From Octopus bimaculoides (taxonomy: Eukaryota), in contig NC_068986.1 of NCBI RefSeq assembly GCF_001194135.2, positions 7,353,040-7,417,039 on the forward strand: DNA of 64,000 bases. Direction: 5' to 3'. Below, piece after piece: positions 59,997 to 64,000 of the stretch; positions within the stretch are counted from its first letter, which is position 1; each line of letters opens with the position of its first letter. The position numbers were made by a program, and so were the translations under genes. The notes beneath the pieces were generated by a model. It saw only the letters and a program-made list of their open reading frames with translations. It made no database searches and was not told the DNA's origin.

Positions 59997-61669
59997 TTAT
60001 AAAAGATCGAAAATATTGCGACAGACATTGAACAAAATCTTAATTCTCAGATTTTTATCTCCTTTTTCTTAAATAAAACATTGCCACTCATGAATAACAT
60101 CCACAGTAAAAGGAATAACTTGCTGTTACTCTCCGAGTGAGACCCGGATCAGATCGTATAAAACAACAACATCAACAAAGAAAACATGATAATAAGAATA
60201 AGTGGAGAATTTCTATCCTTGGTGCAGTACGACAAATATTAAGAACTGTCAATAAAACGGAGTCTAACAGTTGACCTGACATTATTTTATCGACTTTAAA
60301 AACATCTAAATAAAATACGGTATTCCTTATTCTCAGTGCAATGTAGGTTACGGAGATAAGATTTAACCAAACGACAGGAGAAACTGTCTAAGATATTCAG
60401 TCGTAGCATAGAAGCAGAGCAAGCTGAAAAGTATCCGGATTTGTCTAGAGAGTCAATTTGTGTCTGGGACATGTGTGTTAAAACTTGCCTTGTTATTATC
60501 CGCAAACTGGGATTATCAGTGTCTTTGTGGCAGATACAGAGTGATATTGGAATCATCATCCAGAAAGTACATTCAGAAAGCTGTCATTATTTGTTATATC
60601 GGAATCCTTCATAAGATGCTTGAGATTAACGGAGATTAATGTCTCGAAATCCCGATACGCAAATATGTTTACGTTATAGACGCGTTATTAATAAGAGCTC
60701 ATCCTTCCGTTATAAATCGAGTAACAGTTATATACTAAGGTTCATATACTAATAACGCTCGCAGACATATTTGTAGCCGTGTGTGAATTGATTAGAAATT
60801 ATCATTTTTCTCAAATCTCTAAATTTATGATTATCCGATCATTTGTGACTACATATGATAACGAATCTATCTTTGCGTTCGTATGTTATTTCTAATAAAA
60901 CGAGAGGTTTTACATTTCCTTTGAAGTACTGAGGCCAATAAACTGGTTTGTTATTTTTTATTTTTTATTTTCAATAAAAAGACCCGAAGACTCGTATTAA
61001 AGGAAATTTAAGCGTATTACTATTAAATAAATCAACTTACGTCTCACACTCTACTAAGAAGATTATATTTTTCTTTAATTAAAACTTATCAAAAATGAAA
61101 ACGAAATATAATTGAAAAATAATACTTGCGGAGAGATACATCTATACATTTTTAAATGATTAAAGATTGTTAATTGTATTGTTATTTGAATTGTTAATTG
61201 CATTGCGACTAATATTCAATCAAAGGTTCAATTAAAGTTACCTTAAGATTAATACTGGTATCAAAATCAACAAAAGATTAAACACTTTTTGCCAGTGATT
61301 TATCGCAGTAAAATGTGAAGTGAACGCTAATTAGGGGAAAAGACATCAGCAGAAAATGAAACGCCAAAAGGATATAGTCTAAAGCAACATGTTAGATTTA
61401 TTACTTGATTCAGCCGGAAACTATTGGTAAATTTCAAAACACGTGCTTGGTTGTAAGAAAAATGTTGTGAAACCAAATAAGCAATATTTCGAAAAGAACT
61501 GAAAATCGCGTATTTTTCGATAAACATACTAAATAGAGTGTCATCAGGACATGTTTATATTAAGCAATAACATTGATTATACAACCAATTCTCTTCGTTT
61601 TTCTAATTGAATGTGTCCATCGATCTATAACGTAAGTTATTTAAATTAAAGATTCTAGGTTATGCAAGT

Positions 61670-62420
61670 ATATACTAGAATGAGAATTGCGGGCGCAGAA
61701 TCCTAAAATATTCTTAGATATTGAACCTGGAAAAGTACAGAACAAGCTAGTAAAAGAATGAAAAATGCATGCACAGTGCACTAGAATATTCTTATGCGCT
61801 GAAACTGGAAACGTATAGAACAAGAAGAAAACAAATAGAACTTAGAATATTGTTGCTGAAGTTAGAATTTAAGATCTAAAATAGTAATAAATGCCCTTTT
61901 GCATTTTTTTATTGTTTACATAAAAGTTTAAAATAAAATACTCAAGAAGCTACTTATTTTCAATTTTAGTGAATAGACTAATTTCCCGCAAGTTTACACA
62001 TTAAAAATTTGATATTACGAATTTATATATTTAAAAATATTACAGAATAGCAATTTAAGCAAAACTGATAATATATTGTAAGCCCTATTTTTCTAGAGCT
62101 AGAGTCATTTCTACATTTTGTAACAATTAGCTTTCATTTAAAAAAATATTTTTCTAACTGTAAATAGAAAATACTTCGATATCTGATAATGTAGATTTTA
62201 AAGAAATTAATTCTTTTGTTTCTTTCAAAAATTGTTTACTATTTTTTTACTTTTTCGAATTACATATATTCTACATGATTTTAATTATATAACACAATGT
62301 CTGCGATTAAAATTTTTGTATAATGAGTTTTGTTAAGAAAATAAAATTTAAAAAATAATATAATACAACAAATATGACAAAAATATTTTAGCTTAGTAGA
62401 AAGAAACTTTTGAATAAAAA
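61670..62420 (+). mobile_element. Second copy of the 47731 foldback family, right end truncated, lacking piggyBac
   Basis: Collinear with 47731-48030 and 50488-51080; single TTAA at 62031-62034. Confidence 0.85.
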
Positions 62421-62677
62421 CTTGAAAGATTGGAAAGCTTGTTTGCACAATTCGTAGGAAATCTCTGATCGCGCGTCACGGCGAAAATACTCTAACCGAC
62501 ACTTTAGTGCCACTAAATTTAGAGCTATAATAATATATTTGCAATCGGAAATTTATTTATTTCATGAAAGTGCTTAATTCTGGTTCAAGACTGGTGCGAT
62601 ATGACCTTGACATGTAATCATTTCATGGTAATATGGTCTGAGGTCTGTTAACTATCTACCACTGCGTGTTGAAAATA

Positions 62678-62901
62678 TACGAGGTGGTGCTGAAAAGTTC
62701 CTGGTTTTGGGTAAAAGAAAGAAAAAAAAGAGGATAAGTTAATCATGATTTTATTCATTGTATTTCCCTCTCAGATTCATACACTTATTGCAGCGATCGT
62801 TCAGTTTTCCCAAGTCCTGTAAAAGAACTCAAAAGGTTGGATCTTCAGCCAGGCCTTTCGCGACACCCTTAAAGGCAGGGACTTTTAAGCCCCACCTCGT
62901 A
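62678..62901. mobile_element. Complete mariner-derived MITE (224 bp) with both TIRs and TA ends
   Basis: TACGAGGTGGTGCTGAAAAGTTCCTG / CAGGGACTTTTAAGCCCCACCTCGTA. The interior on the minus strand retains the transposase C-terminus KLNDRCNKCMNLRGKYNE*. Confidence 0.9.
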
Positions 62902-64000
62902 CAATGCATATTACGTGTCCCAACTAGAAACGTAAACCTCAAAACTGAATCCGTTCCTCGTATGAAATATTTTATAAAATCGGTTATTTTAGGTTTATGA
63001 CTGATGGAATATCAGTTATATAAATTGTCAGAATGAAACTAGTCGAAATGGACAAGACTGAGTGAGGGCTAACCTAACAGGAGGGTCTTTAGAAAAAATG
63101 CTCAGGAAAACAGTATTACCTTTACTCATAGTCCACACTGAATGTTCAGTTAGTAACGGTGTTTCAAAATGACTATATTTATTTAGAGAAAAGCAACAAA
63201 TATAATCTGAAAGCCAACTTAAAAAAAACGGAATTTGTTTGTGACAAGAAAGGGCTTGGAATTACAGAAGTAATAAAGTGCCACACACACATACACACAC
63301 ACACACATGCATACAGACAGAGACAGACACAGACACGCACCCCCCCCCTAATAACTATCAAGATGTTTATCTCAATATTTCCCTTCACCAGTCAGTGACA
63401 GATAAACCATTAATAGTACCTGCATCATAATGTAATAGATTGAACCATTTATATATTTGTTATGTAGATCTATCAGTCTATTGCTAGCTAAAACGTAAAT
63501 AAATAAAATAAATGACATGAAAAAGAATTTTTATTTATTAGAAGTGCTAATTCACAAATTGGTTTGAAATCATGTTTGAGGCCAAATTCGAATAAATTAC
63601 TTGGCTTTCATCCCAGGAAAAGCATTTTAAACTCTAATTGCAACAAACATTTTAAAAACTTTAATTTGCATGTTATTTTGATAAAGTTCAAAGAATATTT
63701 TCAAGAAAGCGAAAATATATTCGTTATATTTGTTAGTAAATATATCAAAATAAAATTAATTGAAAAAATTATTGAAAGAAGTTCTTAGATGCGATTTCTA
63801 TCGCATTATCAGATTCTAAAATGTTATCACTGGAATCTGTATTAAAATAAATTTCTATGTTTACTTCTAATATTTAATAAATTGTTAAATTTTATCAACC
63901 GGATATAAACAACAAATGTGAAAACAATTGAAACAGTTATTTTGTTGAATATTTTAGTATTGAACAGCTACGGAATCGATTGAATGTCTTTCTTCATTAA

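Noticed and set aside
62995-63050. CTGATGG..GAAACTAGTC with a palindromic ACTAGT
   Set aside because: Core mismatch, poor stem II and no stem I. Similar partial matches at 3790, 5486, 16728, 19168 and 61505 were dropped for the same reasons.

Overview
AT-rich eukaryotic (animal) draft-assembly DNA with six N-gaps, most flanked by microsatellites. The SINE families and dense (AT)/(AC)/(AG) microsatellites look like an octopus/coleoid cephalopod genome; this is inferred from recalled repeat sequences and not verified. No host protein-coding gene could be confidently identified, so the window reads as intronic or intergenic. It is dominated by decayed mobile elements: three tRNA-derived SINE families, several mariner/Tc1 relics, a piggyBac with TTAA target duplications nested in a foldback element, three R4/Dong-like fragments next to trinucleotide microsatellites, a HERO-like RLE fragment, CR1 and L1/Tx1-ORF1 relics, two Penelope-like (PLE) relics, a Helentron-like element and several palindromic MITEs. 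The most interesting signal is a set of type I hammerhead ribozyme motifs absent from the ORF track. One lies upstream of a PLE reverse transcriptase. Two belong to a shared ORF-less repeat family. One sits inside a tRNA-promoter (Pol III) SINE arranged head-to-head with a collapsed second copy, a candidate Pol III-driven, ribozyme-carrying retroelement possibly mobilised by Penelope-like elements. All coordinates were read by eye; TE boundaries are approximate.
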